This document shows, piece by piece, positions 1 through 13,246 of a DNA stretch of 64,000 nucleotides; the first letter of the stretch is position 1; every line of letters starts with the position of its first letter. Below the pieces are notes generated by a model, which searched no databases, had not been told where the DNA came from, and saw nothing but the letters and a program-made list of their open reading frames with translations. Origin of the DNA: Ylistrum balloti (taxonomy: Eukaryota); contig NW_026782546.1 of NCBI RefSeq assembly GCF_031769215.1, positions 62,001 to 126,000 of the forward strand, in the 5' to 3' direction. A program made the position numbers and the translations under genes.

Positions 1-454
1 CATGTGGACTGAAAGCTTCATTCCCTGTTTACTCAATACTTGTATATTTTTATCATGTGTAACAGAAACATCAAACTGCTCACCAAACATTTACAGAGTC
101 TCGTTACGTCACTGTATAAATGGAAAACAACAGCAGACAGTTATAGTTCAAAGTAACACATTATCCAAATACTAATTACTAACATAAGTTATTCCGAACA
201 AAAAACCTGTGAACCTGGAAGATCTTGGTGGATTCATAAAATTGATTTGCGTCCATATGAGGCAGCGACACTTACAAACCAGTCACAGAAACATGTATGA
301 CCTATGTAAATTGTAATGATGTTTTCCATTCATTACTGGGTATTGGAAATGATGTTGAACACTCTTCTATAATGACCCTTCAGTAACACCCTGATCATAT
401 TGGTATGACAAAAGTCAATAATGTTTTACATGCTATGGTAGAATGTCAGTCTCA

Positions 455-1035
455 CACCTGTACAGGTATAATGTCATAGTACACCTGTTAAAGTATGGTA
501 TCACTGTACACCTGTACAGTTATAGTGTCATGATTATAAAACACCTGTACAGGTGACCTGTTATAGTACACATGTTAAAGTATGGTATCACTGTACACCT
601 GTACAGTTATAGTGTCACAATTATAAAACACCTGTACAGGTATAATGTCATAGTACACCTGTTAAAGTATGGTATCACTATACACCTGTACAGTTATAGT
701 GTCATAGTCATAACTATAAAACACCTGTACAGGTGACCTGTTATAGTACACCTGTACAGGTATAGTGTCATAATTATAATATACCTATACAGGTGTTGTG
801 TCATAGTACACCTGTACAATTATAGTTTCAGTGTACACTTGTTCAGGTAGTACACTTGTATGGTAAGTGGCTTGTACTTTTAGTACACTAGTACTAGTGT
901 AGTGTCAGATTACACCTGAACAGGAGTAATGTCTTTATACACATGTACAGATACTGTGGAAATATATTATGTAAAATATTAATGTACAATCATCTGTACA
1001 GGAATATTTATTAAGTGTCAGTGTACACCTGTACA
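455..1035. repeat. Degenerate tandem repeat built on ACACCTGTACAG(G/T)T, about 29-bp subunits in an about 87-bp higher-order unit
   Basis: The block AGTACACCTGTTAAAGTATGGTATCACTGTACACCTGTACAGTTATAGTGTCA recurs at about 479, 565 and 652. The core ACCTGTACAGGT is palindromic. The array decays toward 1030. Confidence 0.85.
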
Positions 1036-3379
1036 TAATTACAAAAACCTATTTTTTTTATTTTTATGATTAATCTTGAAGCATAACATAAATTTTTCAG
1101 AAAAGTTGTAACTATTATTGAAGAAAATACTCTATCACAATTTTGTATAATATTGTAAGTACTTTTGGACCAAATCATTTACAAAATCCATAAAAGATGT
1201 ACCTTATCCTACATATAGTGTCAATACGTTTTTATAGAGTGGCTGTCAAATGTGTGCCGCTTGCCAGCAAATTAAACAAGAATTGATCCAAAGAAAGTCG
1301 GTTTCCATCTATTTTAGAACTATTTATGGCAAATAGTGAAATAATCAATTCATCTGTATATTTGTATTTACACCCAGATCATACACTCAGTAGCAAAATG
1401 TATAAAAAAAAACCAAGCTGCTTTTAATGTTTTGCAATGAATAGTCAGAGCAATATTACCACTGGGCATCACAAAGACACACCAAAATGCTATACAATAA
1501 CTTCTATTTTTATTCAGATTGTATGGTGTCTGATAGCAAATAAATCTTTATATTTTCAAAGATGATATATCAATAATGAGCAAGACAGGACAGTTCATCA
1601 TAGAAAGCACTGAATATATCATGTGACTGCAATCCCCCCCCCCCCCCTCAGTGATAACTTCCTGGTATATGTAATATGTAATCCTACACTTTGCAGCTCA
1701 GTAGGAATATCAAGATATCAAACAATTGTAAAGATCTACCTACCTATGAAGTTGATACTTCTTAGAGTTTTAGTGTAATGCTCCAGACAAAATTTAAGCA
1801 GGAAAAATAACAAAGGGCAATAACTCCTAAATTATGCAAAAGAGAATGATGGTTGTGGTGCACTGCACTGCCCTTCTCATTATTGTGATTTATATACCTA
1901 TGAAGTTTTAAGTCGTCACCTCTTTCAGTTTTTGTGTGTTTTGCTCTGGACAATATTATGATGAAGGAAGGAGTGACAAAGCAACGACTAGATGCTCTCC
2001 CTTCAGAGGATTTTGTTCATTATAAAAGTAACTCAATTAGCCTGATATATATTTGCACAAGGAAGTGAGGAATTAGGCACCTCTTGTGACAGACAGATGT
2101 TGTGCCATTTATCCTAACGGATGACAATGGCAAATCACAAAGAAACTGACTAGTACATGACTATCTTCAGCAACAAGTGATAAAGTCACTCCCAATTTTC
2201 ATCATGAGACAGATAGAGAATAGAGAATATTTGGAATATCTCGGGCATTGAAAGGTAATGCATGCAACCCAAAACACCAACAAGAGGCCTAGAAGCCATC
2301 ACGGTCACCTGAGATGAGCAATATTAAATCTGAAGATTAAAGGGGAGCTTTCAAGTGTCATGAAAAAGAAAAACTGTGACATTGATTATAGTAAGCCAGT
2401 GTCAATACATGCATACCATCAAATCTGTCACCCTATATTAATAAATGTTACAAAGTTACTTCTAGTGGAAAATGAATTTATGCTCAACAATGCAGTTTTT
2501 CTATAAAAATTACAGTAAAGTCAACCTCCTCCTCAGGAAGAAATGTGAGACCTATTTTGGTAATTAAAGCACCAAAAGACACTTTCATTTGTGCACAGCA
2601 TTTGATTCTACCATACCTTGGTGTTGATTCTAGCCAAGTTTGAAATATTTCCAATGGAAATAAAACAAATTATGCTCAAAAATCTGTTTTTCCAATATCT
2701 AAACTATAGTAAACTTTTTCATTTTAGTAATAATTACCATAACTTTATTACATACTAGAGGATAAGTAAATAAGAAAAATTGATAAAGCCTCACTTGTTA
2801 AACTGTCCTATGTATGTTTAACAATTTCCAACTAAACATATTGATTTACTCATATCCCCGACAGAGTTAACATCAATAAGTAAACACACAGCTCCTTATT
2901 ATTCCTTCTGTTTTTTAAGTGACAGAAATATGGATCTACAATACACATTAAGTTTTGTTAGCTTTTGAGCAAATGCTTTTTGCATCACTGTATAAAAAAA
3001 ACACACATGAAATATCCATAATTTGTTTTCAAATTGAAATTCCAAATAAAACATTTTAAGATTAGGTATGTCTATATATACGTGTAGGTACCTTCAATTT
3101 TAAATATTAACAGGAGCTTATTAGACTGACAAAGCAATATTGTTAATACTGAAAATTGGAAAAGAAAACAATGATAACATCAAACAGAAATATGTATGTG
3201 TTTCATTGAAACTTAATACCTGTTTTAGAAAAATTCAACATCAAAAGCTCATGGTGAAACACTCCATATATGCTACTTCTTAATCAAGGACATAACAAGG
3301 TCCTTTTATAGAATATCCCATTATCACATTTGGAAAATGATTTATAACCCAGACATTTGAAAAAATGATAAATGATGAT

Positions 3380-3680
3380 CTGAAATGCCATGCCTTTCAG
3401 CCTTTTAATTCATAAGAAGTCATCTAAATGTTTTTAAAAATTTGACCCCTGTGACTTGAACATAGATCAAGGTCATTTTTGTTTTCCAAACTTTTTCAGG
3501 CTTCATCCTAGGAACACACCAGCCAGATATCATGCCTAAAGGCCTTTTAGTTCATGAGAAGAAGTCATTTAAAGGTTTTAACAAATTTGACCCCTGTGAC
3601 CTTGAAAATAGTCAAGGTCATTTCTTTTCGCAAACTTTGACAGGCTTCATCCTCGGAACATACCAGATGATGGTACAGGT
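3380..3680. repeat. Interspersed repeat fragment of bivalve type (TTTGACCCCTGTGACCTTGAA...TCAAGGTCA units, two copies)
   Basis: AAATTTGACCCCTGTGAC(C)TTGAA..TCAAGGTCATTT..CAAACTTT..CAGGCTTCATCCT.GGAACA.ACCAG is present twice, at about 3437 and 3582. Related motifs occur at about 6260. Confidence 0.6.
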
Positions 3681-6349
3681 TTACACATTCTCTACTGAGA
3701 TACACACTAATAGTATCAATCTTTAATTACATTTTTCACTTTTTTTAACAACAGTTGTAACTTTATAGTTCATCCCTTTTAATTGTTGACACGAATTGAA
3801 GGCACAATTTAGCAGGAGTCATTTAATTGCCTCAGGAAAATACCAGTTACATGTTTACGTTATACAATAGGTAGGTTCCTGTGGGCAAAACTATATATGG
3901 CATAATGTAGAATTTATAACCTCTGCAAGATTTTCCAGAACTGTTCAAGAATTATCCTGAAATGGTTATGCAACATGTGGTCAAGAACTATTCATGAAAT
4001 GTACTCAAAGAGTTTTTAAACATTAAATGGCTAATCTATAGGATTTCTTCAACATAAAGTTTAAGAAGAGTGCTAGGACTTGTCAACTTGAGAACCATTC
4101 TAAAACTTTAAAAACTGTTCTAGAATGTCATTAAACATTTAGGATCTGTTTCAGTACATTTCTAGAAGAGTTCTTCTGACTACATGTTTCAGAACCATGA
4201 TGAGATAATTACAGAATAATTCTTAGATGCTCACATCTATACTTGTCCAAAACCTGTACCTGGTAGATGATCAACAGAATCATAATTCAAACAGTGATTA
4301 AACAAGGCAAATATAAATAAACGAAAAGTTTACTCAGTTAAAATATTTTCTTCACCAATTAGTGAATATTACTGACAAAATAAATTCCCCAGTAACAAGA
4401 AAATGCCATAAAGACATATATTTTACTCAGCAGAGGTATAAACTCTTGATTTTTAAGGGATTGTACAAGTAAGCATGTATAGATTGGGTGTTTATTAACC
4501 AGACCTCAATATAAAAAACAACATTTTTTTTTCATGTGACAGAAAGAGAGTTATATAGACAATGTCATTCTTATACATATAATATTACAGAGAAGCAATT
4601 TATACAGTCAAAGAAAAACACTCTTCTGACACTAAAACTATTGCCATATACAATGCATATCTTAATTTCTGACAAAAATATCCTGAACACAACTTGTTCA
4701 CTAGTTCTTACAAAGTACACATACAATCTACACCTACAAATTATGTTATGGTACATTCAAAGAGTCAGTGCTTTTCACGGGAACTGAAATCCTGATGCAT
4801 TGACTGAAGTTGTAGATTTCAAAATGAAATTTTAAAAAAATCAAATTTTTATTGCTTATTACAACCAAAATATTCAGAAAAACATAACCACAAACTTTAC
4901 ACAAAATAGATAAGAATAAAAAACTCAGTCAAATGTTGAAATTGGTGTGTGCCATATATTTGTAATAACTGGCATGTAATTTTTTTATACAATTTTTTAT
5001 ATAAATATGCCCGATTAGGAAAATCAAAAATGAAAATTACTTAGGAAAATATATACATGTACCTACAAGGTAGACCTACTGTGTTACATACCTACAATGT
5101 ATACTTTCTATATTATATACATATAATGTAAATATCTAGAGTGTGTACCTACGATAATACATACCTACAACATTACATAACTATGTTATGTATCTACCAA
5201 TACACTAAGTAAATATCTACTATCTATTTCCCTGCAATATTATCTACATATATACATACTCTACAATTTATATATATCTACAATGTATATTTGGTCTAGA
5301 CCAAACTTGTTCTTACAATGTACGTTTGCTCTAGACTATATACTTCTTTCGTCTACATCCAATGTTTTCCTATGTTTGATCCAGATGATCAGTAACATTA
5401 TGCACCGTTGAACATGACTGAGTTGAATTAAACATACCTGAAAATATCAATTATGTAAGATTTTTTTCTACCATATAATAGAAAAAAAGATAGTTAAGAT
5501 ATGACCATACATGACCAGTCTAGTACCTAAAAGCTCACAAACTTTCCTGTGGTAAATATCGAAGTTGAAAATTAATCACATGTTAAAATGTAACAGCACT
5601 AACCTTTCAAGTTAAACAGCTTACAAATTCGACTTTATGTACATGTGCCCATCAAGTCAACGGGAATAAACACTATCTCCTCGGTAAATTGGTCAAGTGA
5701 ATGACCAACTCATTGAACACATGACACCACTTAACATTTTTACAAAATCCTGTCTGGCACTATTTTTCCACCCTCATAACAGTGACTTTGTGGACATGTG
5801 TGTATATATTTCAGTCCACTGACTGACAGTTAGCCACCGGTGTGATATATTATAGGTGTAAGAACAGAACTCTTAGTCCCTATACAACATACTTCTATTC
5901 ATAATCTTTTTCTTTGTCGTATGGATATTTACATGTACCAACACACATAAGCTTAAGCCTACTTCTTTAACAAAAGAGCAGTAAAGTAGGTTGAGGTGAA
6001 TTCAATTTAACTGCATAATAATGTTAAAAAAAACAAGAGGCCCAAAGGCCTTAACCATCATCTGGTCATTTAACTATAAATACCTATATGTGAAAAAGGT
6101 GAAATAAGCCTAGAATAAATTGCCCAATTACTCCTACCACTTACATATGTAGAAGACATTGTTAGCTCATAAAAACATTTTCCGTGAACTTGTAATCATA
6201 TTCTTCTTACATGCTACGACACAAATGCCATTACTGCGAACCTCACTTAACCCAAGAGATCTTGAATATAGGTCAAGGTCAATTATTTGAACAAATCCGT
6301 AGCCCTTCATCTACTTATATCAAACTATTGTTTGTGACCAATTAGAGGT

Positions 6350-7390
6350 GTGCAATGTTTTTAATAATTTTCATGTCAATGTGGCTGGAGATATTGGGAA
6401 TGATAAAGACATAGTAAATGACAACATAATCTCTAAAATCGAAAGCCAATCATGTGTACAAGAAAATTTTGTTTTTAAGCCTGTTTCCCCTAATTATGTT
6501 TGTAAAAAATTAATTCTACTAGTTCTATGAAGGTAAGAAGTTATCCTCTAAGTAAATACCTTCCCTAGTCTACTTCAGGTTGCACATGTTGTACCTGTTT
6601 ACAAAAAAAAGGATGCCATGGACAAGCATAATTACAGGCCTGTTAGTATTTTACCTAGTATCTCCAAACTCTTTGAAAGAGGTATGTGTGATCAGCTTGG
6701 TGAATATTTTAATATCTTTTAATTTCTTTTTTAGCTACCTTCAGGCCAGGATTTTGATGTCAGACTGCCCTGTTAAGATTGGTTAAGGACTGGTGCAAGG
6801 CCTTCGACAACCATGAGTATGTTGCTGCCATTCTCGTGGATCTGTCTAAGGTTTTTGACTGCCTTCCTCATACTCTGTTACTCAGGAAGCTGATACATAT
6901 GGTTTTAGTGCTGAATCACTGGATCTGGTATCTAGCTATGTGGTAACAGGTTAAGGTAGGCTCCAAATGCAGTGACTGGTTACAAGTGTTCAAAGGGGTT
7001 CCACAGGGCTCAATTTTGGGGCCCATCCTCTTTAATATTTTTATACAGGACATTTCTTTTATCTCAATTCATCCAAATTCTATAATTATGCAGATGATAA
7101 TACAATTAGTGCATCCAATAGAGACCCTCTTATTCTCAAACAGTCCATTGATATAGATTGTTCAAATTTGGTTGACTGGGTTAATTAAAACCACATGTGA
7201 GCAAATCCTGATAAATTTCAAGCTGTATGTTTAGACAGGAAATCTATTGATGCTTTTACTTCATTTGAAATAAAAAATATAATTAATAAGCCTGAAAAAA
7301 CTGTAAAATTATTTGGAGTAAACTTTGACCTTTTATCAAATTTTGATGCTCATATATCAGAAATTAGCTTGAAGGCCTCTAGACAACTGA
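6350..7390 (+). mobile_element. Degraded non-LTR retrotransposon (CR1/L2-like) ORF2 RT fragment
   Basis: Translated motifs across frameshifts and stops: FNNFHVNVA, YRPVSILPSISKLFER, AILVDLSKVFDCLPH, GVPQGSILGPILFNIF, YADDNT. Confidence 0.9.
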
Positions 7391-8228
7391 ATAAAGGAAA
7401 ATTCCTCTAGAAATTATCAGAACATTTCATATTTTTTAGGAATTGGATGAAATTAAAACATTCAGACAATTGCATTTTGCATGTCAGTTACCAAGATGTG
7501 TAAGAAAATGGAAGCGAATGTCTATATGGTGTGGGAGATAAGGTTTTTGTAGATGGGGTGTATTTACATATAGATATTTTCAGACCTGATTATATTTTAA
7601 ACATTATCAAAACTAGATTGATCAATATCTCTAAATAAGAGTGCAGTGAAAAAATCATTAATATCTATGCTTTATTTGAGAGTAGGACAGAAAATCTTTA
7701 CCCAAGGAAGAGTATCACAACTGTCTTATCTGAGGATTTGCTTTAGAGTGCTGGAAATCTCCTCGGCGTATATATTTCATGATCTCTAACCCTGGACAGG
7801 TAAATCTGTGCTTTTTACCACTGTGAGATTTCCATGTCTCATCCAAGGGTCCCCTCCCAGGACAGTGATATGGCGTCACAGTAACAATTCACAATAATCA
7901 AATTATGTAAGCTATGAGAAGCATTGGGACAACAAAAACATATACGAGTACCTAATAATTAGCAGAATAAGAGGAAAATAATAATTTATCCACTAGTTGG
8001 TAGATAAGGTGATCTCACTTCTCAGGATAAGGTGTTTCTGTTGCAAACATTCGGCAAGCCTCAAATTTGCTAACTTAATTATCTTTCCCCTCCGGTCGAG
8101 ACCTATCTGTTTCTCCTCCATGGGGGTGAAAAATTCTATTAGTTCTAACCACAAACTTGGAAATTATCGTTTTTCTACCCTTTTCCTCAAACATGCTAGA
8201 AATATAAGATTAATGAAAGAAATATACA

Positions 8229-8594
8229 CATGTGTTTATGTTTAACAACTTCCAGTTTAGCATGTGTTTATGTTTAACAACTTCCAGTTTAGCATGTGTT
8301 TATGTTTAACAACTTCCAGTTTAGCATGTGTTTATGTTTAACAACTTCCAGTTTAGCATGTGTTTATGTTTAACAACTTCCAGTTTAGCATGTGTTTATG
8401 TTTAACAACTTCCAGTTTAGCATGTGTTTATGTTTAACAACTTCCAGTTTAGCATGTGTTTATGTTTAACAACTTCCAGTTTAGCATGTGTTTATGTTTA
8501 ACAACTTCCAGTTTAGCATGTGTTTATGTTTAACAACTTCCAGTTTAGCATGTGTTTATGTTTAACAACTTCCAGTTTAGCATGTGTTTATGTT
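8229..8594. repeat. Perfect 32-bp minisatellite, 11.4 copies (CATGTGTTTATGTTTAACAACTTCCAGTTTAG)
   Basis: Eleven identical head-to-tail copies span 8229-8580, followed by 14 bp of a twelfth. There are no spacers. Confidence 0.98.
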
Positions 8595-8605
8595 CCGTTC
8601 TTGCA

Positions 8606-9200
8606 GGCTCTGTCCCCAGCAAGATAGAGATATCTTACCCACATTGGAAGAGTGGATATTTCTGTAAGATGGCAGGGTTTTCCATAATTTTGTTAGTAGT
8701 AGGCTGTGTAGTGAAAGTAGGAGGCTGGCCTGCCGTGTACATGTAGTCGTGTACGGAACATTATTACAGAACTGGATTGGTGTAGGCGGCCAAATGATCA
8801 AAGTAGCCGGTCAAATTGGCCGGCGACCGGCTCTTATGGAAAACCCTGGATGGATTAAAGAAATCTTCTACAAATGTTTGCTGTATAAATGTATCAGTGA
8901 GGACTTTTGTATTCAAAATTATCTTATACTTACAACATCAAGAAAATTAAAATTTGAAGAAAATAGCCAAATCAGAATGTCATCTCACAAATTGAAAATT
9001 AAATTGGGAGGTATAATGATACAGAAAGGAACAATAAATTTTACTTTGTGTATCAGTGGTGACATTGAAGATGAATTTCCTTTTATACTTAAGAGTGAAC
9101 AATATGTGTATTTAAGGAAAGGTTTCATTAAGAAATGTATTGTAATAGGCCTAATATGTTTACAGTAATTTAACTTATAAATCTGTAAACAAGAAAGAAT
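8606..9200 (+). mobile_element. LINE 3' fragment (C-terminal zinc-finger-like region), interrupted by a MITE
   Basis: ORF 8749-9168 contains RMSSHKLKIKLG...LCISGDIEDEFPFILKSEQYVYLRKGFIKK. This resembles the R(L/M)SSHxLxIExGR...C...IEDEFHFxLxC..Y..LR terminus of invertebrate LINE ORF2. Confidence 0.7.
8673..8848. mobile_element. 176-bp MITE with perfect 15-bp TIRs and a 5-bp TSD (hAT5-like)
   Basis: TIR CAGGGTTTTCCATAA at 8673-8687 and its exact reverse complement at 8834-8848. GATGG is duplicated at 8668-8672 and 8849-8853. Confidence 0.9.
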
Positions 9201-11449
9201 GATCAAATTCATCAAATTTATCATAATGAGTAACAAGGAAAGATATGGTTTACTTGTACATGGCTAGTATGTTGAATTCCCTCCACACTACTCTAATTGA
9301 TGGTGTGTGAGCTAGAGGAGAAAGTTTGTATTTCATTGTTGATCACACCTGTATAGGTTGTTTGTCATTTTGAGCTAATGAACTGCTGATTTCTTTCCTA
9401 AATATTTACTCCTTAAAGCTTGGGCGCCTCTAGGTCCTCAAGGTTTTAATCAGATTCAATTTTGTTAGTAGTATCATTTAAAACAATCATTTCTTCCTTA
9501 GGTGGCCTGCTGAAATGTTTCATATATACAAAAGGAAAAAAATAATGGTCATTTTTTCAACATTTTAATTTATCTTCTCATTCAATTGTCCACTTTTTAA
9601 TTACAAAGTACATGAATTATGTTTTCAAATTACCAACATCTTGTATCATTCAATTTACTTGCATTCAACTGCAGTTATCCCTTGACAATCACAACAAAAT
9701 AGAAAGTTAAACCTTATCATCTTATCTGTTATTATCTTACCAATAATTATAGTAATGTTGCTTAAGCTGATTTTTAAAGAATGAAAGTAAGTGTCACTGC
9801 CAACAGCACAACTAATTACAATCAACTGATAATGGCATTGATGTACATATTACATTTGTATGACAAAAATCAAAACAGAATATCTGAACCATCATTTTGT
9901 GCCAACTTTGAATTTGAAGATAATCACAAAAAGCTTATATGGGATACAGAATTTGCTTTTCCAGTTTTTTGAAATGAATACACTCAAAACTGACCACCAC
10001 ACATATATTTCATTTTTTACATAAATAAGTTATTGAAAGCATAAGTTTTAAGATTTTTTTTTCAATTCAAGTTTATTTGGTAAAATATATCTAATTTTTT
10101 TTATTGATATCATGTATATTGTATCTGTCATGGTGTATATATTTTGCTTAATCCTTCTGCCTTAGAAAATGTAGTCCATTCTTTTTTACTCATTACAAAT
10201 AAGTAAATGTGTGATCAAATTAAATGTTCTGGTGTATTGTCATTGAATATATAATATATAAATGGCATTTGATGTACATATAAAACAAATTTTGTCTATA
10301 TGAAAGTATATTTTCCTGAAAAAACAAATCTTATTGGAGTATTGAACTGTCTTTGGTCATCTGTCCTTTCATTACATGTTCGGTGGGAATAAACGCTAAT
10401 ATGCAGTAACATATGCATTCTATGGATTTAGGTTAATTAGAAATAACATAGTACAACTGAAATCATTCGTGCAGTTATTTCAATAGTTTGACATCATGCT
10501 GGTTATGAAGAATGCACGTATGTAATATGTCGAGCAACGCTAGGCGAAACTTGATATAACTTGAACTAACTTAAATCCAGCTTAACATGGAAATATGATA
10601 GTGTCCAATACACTTACTTTTGTATAAATGGTTCAGTGTTTAACAATATGTTTTGGTTAACCGTTGTATGAGGGGCTAGTTACACACACGCGTGTGTTGT
10701 CGTTGCCAGGAGATGTGACACAAATAGGTCTACTCTATATTTAGAATATGAAATCCGCAATCAACTCATTGGAACTGCAAAATAATGTTTTTGACGTTCT
10801 TGCATACAGTATGGTTTGACCTGTATCTCTTACAGTTAATGAAAGATTGTCTTACCTGGCTATTTTCATTCCACTGTGTTGAAATAAGGAACGATCCAAT
10901 TGCAACGGAAAAGAGAATAGTCTCAGTGTAAAGTGTAAACAATATGCAAGTTTACCGGAAGATGTCCATCGTGTTCAAGTTAATTTATTTTCCGGGAAGA
11001 TAACTCTGACTACACGTGTTAGCAACTCAACCAAAATGATTTAGTTTTCCTCTGATTTTCTGACCAAGAGAAAATTCATGGGATATTTTTAGGATTTTAC
11101 GAAATATGATTATTTACATGCAGTGTTTTCCAAATAAAAATTTTAAGGGGAAAATATGTGTGTTTTTTAACATTGATAGTTTTCACAGACTCAAGTCATT
11201 TTTTCAATTGTTTGGTCTTACAAGATTTCTCTATAGTAATTTATTAATTTCATGTGTACGTACGTGCAATCACTTGCATAAATACCAATGTAAACGGCGA
11301 AGCACGTATTATTCGCAAAATACGCCCAGTCTAAGGGAGATAACGGATATAATAGTATAGTAGTGTTTTCGGTACTGGAACACGCTGTGTTCCTCTTTAC
11401 CAGACTCAAAATTATATTGTCGTGGTTAAAGTTCATTTTCCGGTTAGTT

Positions 11450-12832
11450 TACAGTAGCTCTATAATTATAAACCATATCTTGATTTTTTCAAAACTTGTC
11501 CAGTTTTTTTAAAAGTATTTATATTTGGAGCAAATACAACGTCTTCTGTAGGATTATTCCATGTTTTTACAGTTCTTATAGCAAAGCTATTTCCTCTTCC
11601 GTTGGTCCTGTGTTGTTGGAGAAAAAGTGTTTTAGAGTGTCCCCGACCACTTCTTATTCCTACGTCCATCTTAAGCTTTACAAAACTGCATGAATCCTTA
11701 CCATATATACATTTGTGATTTTATAGCGTTCTATCATATCCCCTCTAAGCTTTCTGTATGTTAAAGTTGGAAGATTTAGCTACTGTAGCCTGTCCTGGTA
11801 CGAAATATCCTTCATTCCAGGTTAACTTTTTGTGGCCCTTCGTTGAACTGACTCCAGCTTATCTATATATTTCACTTTTACTGGCGACCAAACACAACTT
11901 ACGTAATCCAGTTGTGATCTCACCAAGCTTTTGTACAGCAGAAGAAAAGTTTTAGAGTTCATAAACTGAAATGTTCTTCTTAACAATCCGAAAATGTGTA
12001 CAGCAGAAGAAAAGTTTCAAGAATTCATAAACTGAAATGTTCTTCTTAACAATCCGAAAATTTGATTTGCTTTCTTCACTTTTTCACTCATGTGGTATTG
12101 GAAAGAAAGTTCAGAATCTACCATTTCTCCAATGTTTTTTTTTCCTTATCAGTGACTCTTAGAATATTCCCCAGTAATTGGTACTTTGCTCCTGTTCCAT
12201 CTACCTGTGCAGTATCTTGTCCGACCAACATATGTTTGCATTTATCCAGATGTAATTTTAATAGCCATTTCTCACTCCATTCTCCCATGGTTTTTAGATC
12301 TTCTTGAAGTATTACTTTGTCTTCTTCTCTCTTGATTACCCTGAAAATATTGTATCGTCTGCAAATAGATATCTGATTTTAGAAAATCTGGTAAATCATT
12401 TACGAAAATGACAAACAGCAGGGGGCCTAGGACTGATCCCTGGGGAATATCAGATGATACGTCATTCCATTCAGACAGCCCGATATAAATACATATTGCC
12501 TTGACGAGAAAAAGATTGTGTGATCGCATAAAGTCATTTATATGCCCGCGAATGATTGTTTCCATTAGTTTACATACCACAGATGAAAGGCTGACTGGCC
12601 TGTGATTCCCTGCTGCTCTCTTGTCTCCCTTTTTAAATATTGCACACACTCTTGCATGCTTTCAATCAACAGGAATGGATCCCTCTCGAAAAGTTTGGTT
12701 GAATATCAGTGCTAGTGGTATCGCTATGGTGGAGGCAGTCTTCTTCAGGAATTCTGAATGCATGTTATCTAAGCCTGGTGATTTATTTGGATTTAAGTTA
12801 TTGAGTACCTTGGTAACCATTTCATTGGTTAT
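11450..12832 (-). mobile_element. CR1-like LINE, 3' part (degraded RT with internal deletions), interrupted by the Gypsy element
   Basis: ORFs 12662-12889, 12272-12649 and 11466-11669 give NPNKSPGLDNMH, IFKKGDK...HRPVSLSSVVCKLMETII, IPQGSVLGPLLFVIFVNDLP and RGHSKTL...FAIRTVKTWNN. There is an internal 64-bp tandem duplication at about 11933-12061. Confidence 0.9.
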
Positions 12833-12903
12833 TGTAACAACAACGTGGTCGTGGACGCTTACCTCATTTACTATCAAGTCGCTTAGCACATTATGATATT
12901 ACA
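12833..12903 (-). repeat. 3' LTR (71 bp)
   Basis: 67/71 identical to 17353-17423 and immediately preceded on the minus strand by a purine tract. Confidence 0.93.
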
Positions 12904-12916
12904 TTTCCCTCTCTTT
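12904..12916 (-). promoter_or_regulatory. Polypurine tract AAAGAGAGGGAAA
   Basis: Thirteen purines on the minus strand directly upstream of the 3' LTR. Confidence 0.88.
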
Positions 12917-13246
12917 AACGAAACAATAAAGTGCATTAGGACATTAAATGAATTTAACCAAATAATGGTTTTGTCTGATGGTGTCTCTAACACAAATGAA
13001 GATCTCTGACTACAGTCCTGATTACTGAGTATCTCCATTAATTTACGTAATATCAAATAATTTGGACTAGAAATACACTGACTTAATTATAAGAAAATAG
13101 AACATAAACAATAAATTTGATATAAGCAGAACCCTGTTCTGCAAGACTGCACGGGAATTACTGTGCCCCAAAACACAGTGCAAGTCTTAACTAAAGACAT
13201 GTTAACATTTTAACAGTTCTAGATCTGATGTTAGAACGCTAAAGAA

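Noticed and set aside
8229-8594. CRISPR array (32-bp repeat length)
   Set aside because: The repeats are contiguous with no unique spacers, there are no cas genes, and the context is eukaryotic.
9252-9347. Possible minus-strand exon (MKYKLSPLAHTPSIRVVWREFNILAMYK) with AG/GT boundaries
   Set aside because: No recognisable homology, and no in-phase partner exon was found (the candidate at about 5440 gives a stop).
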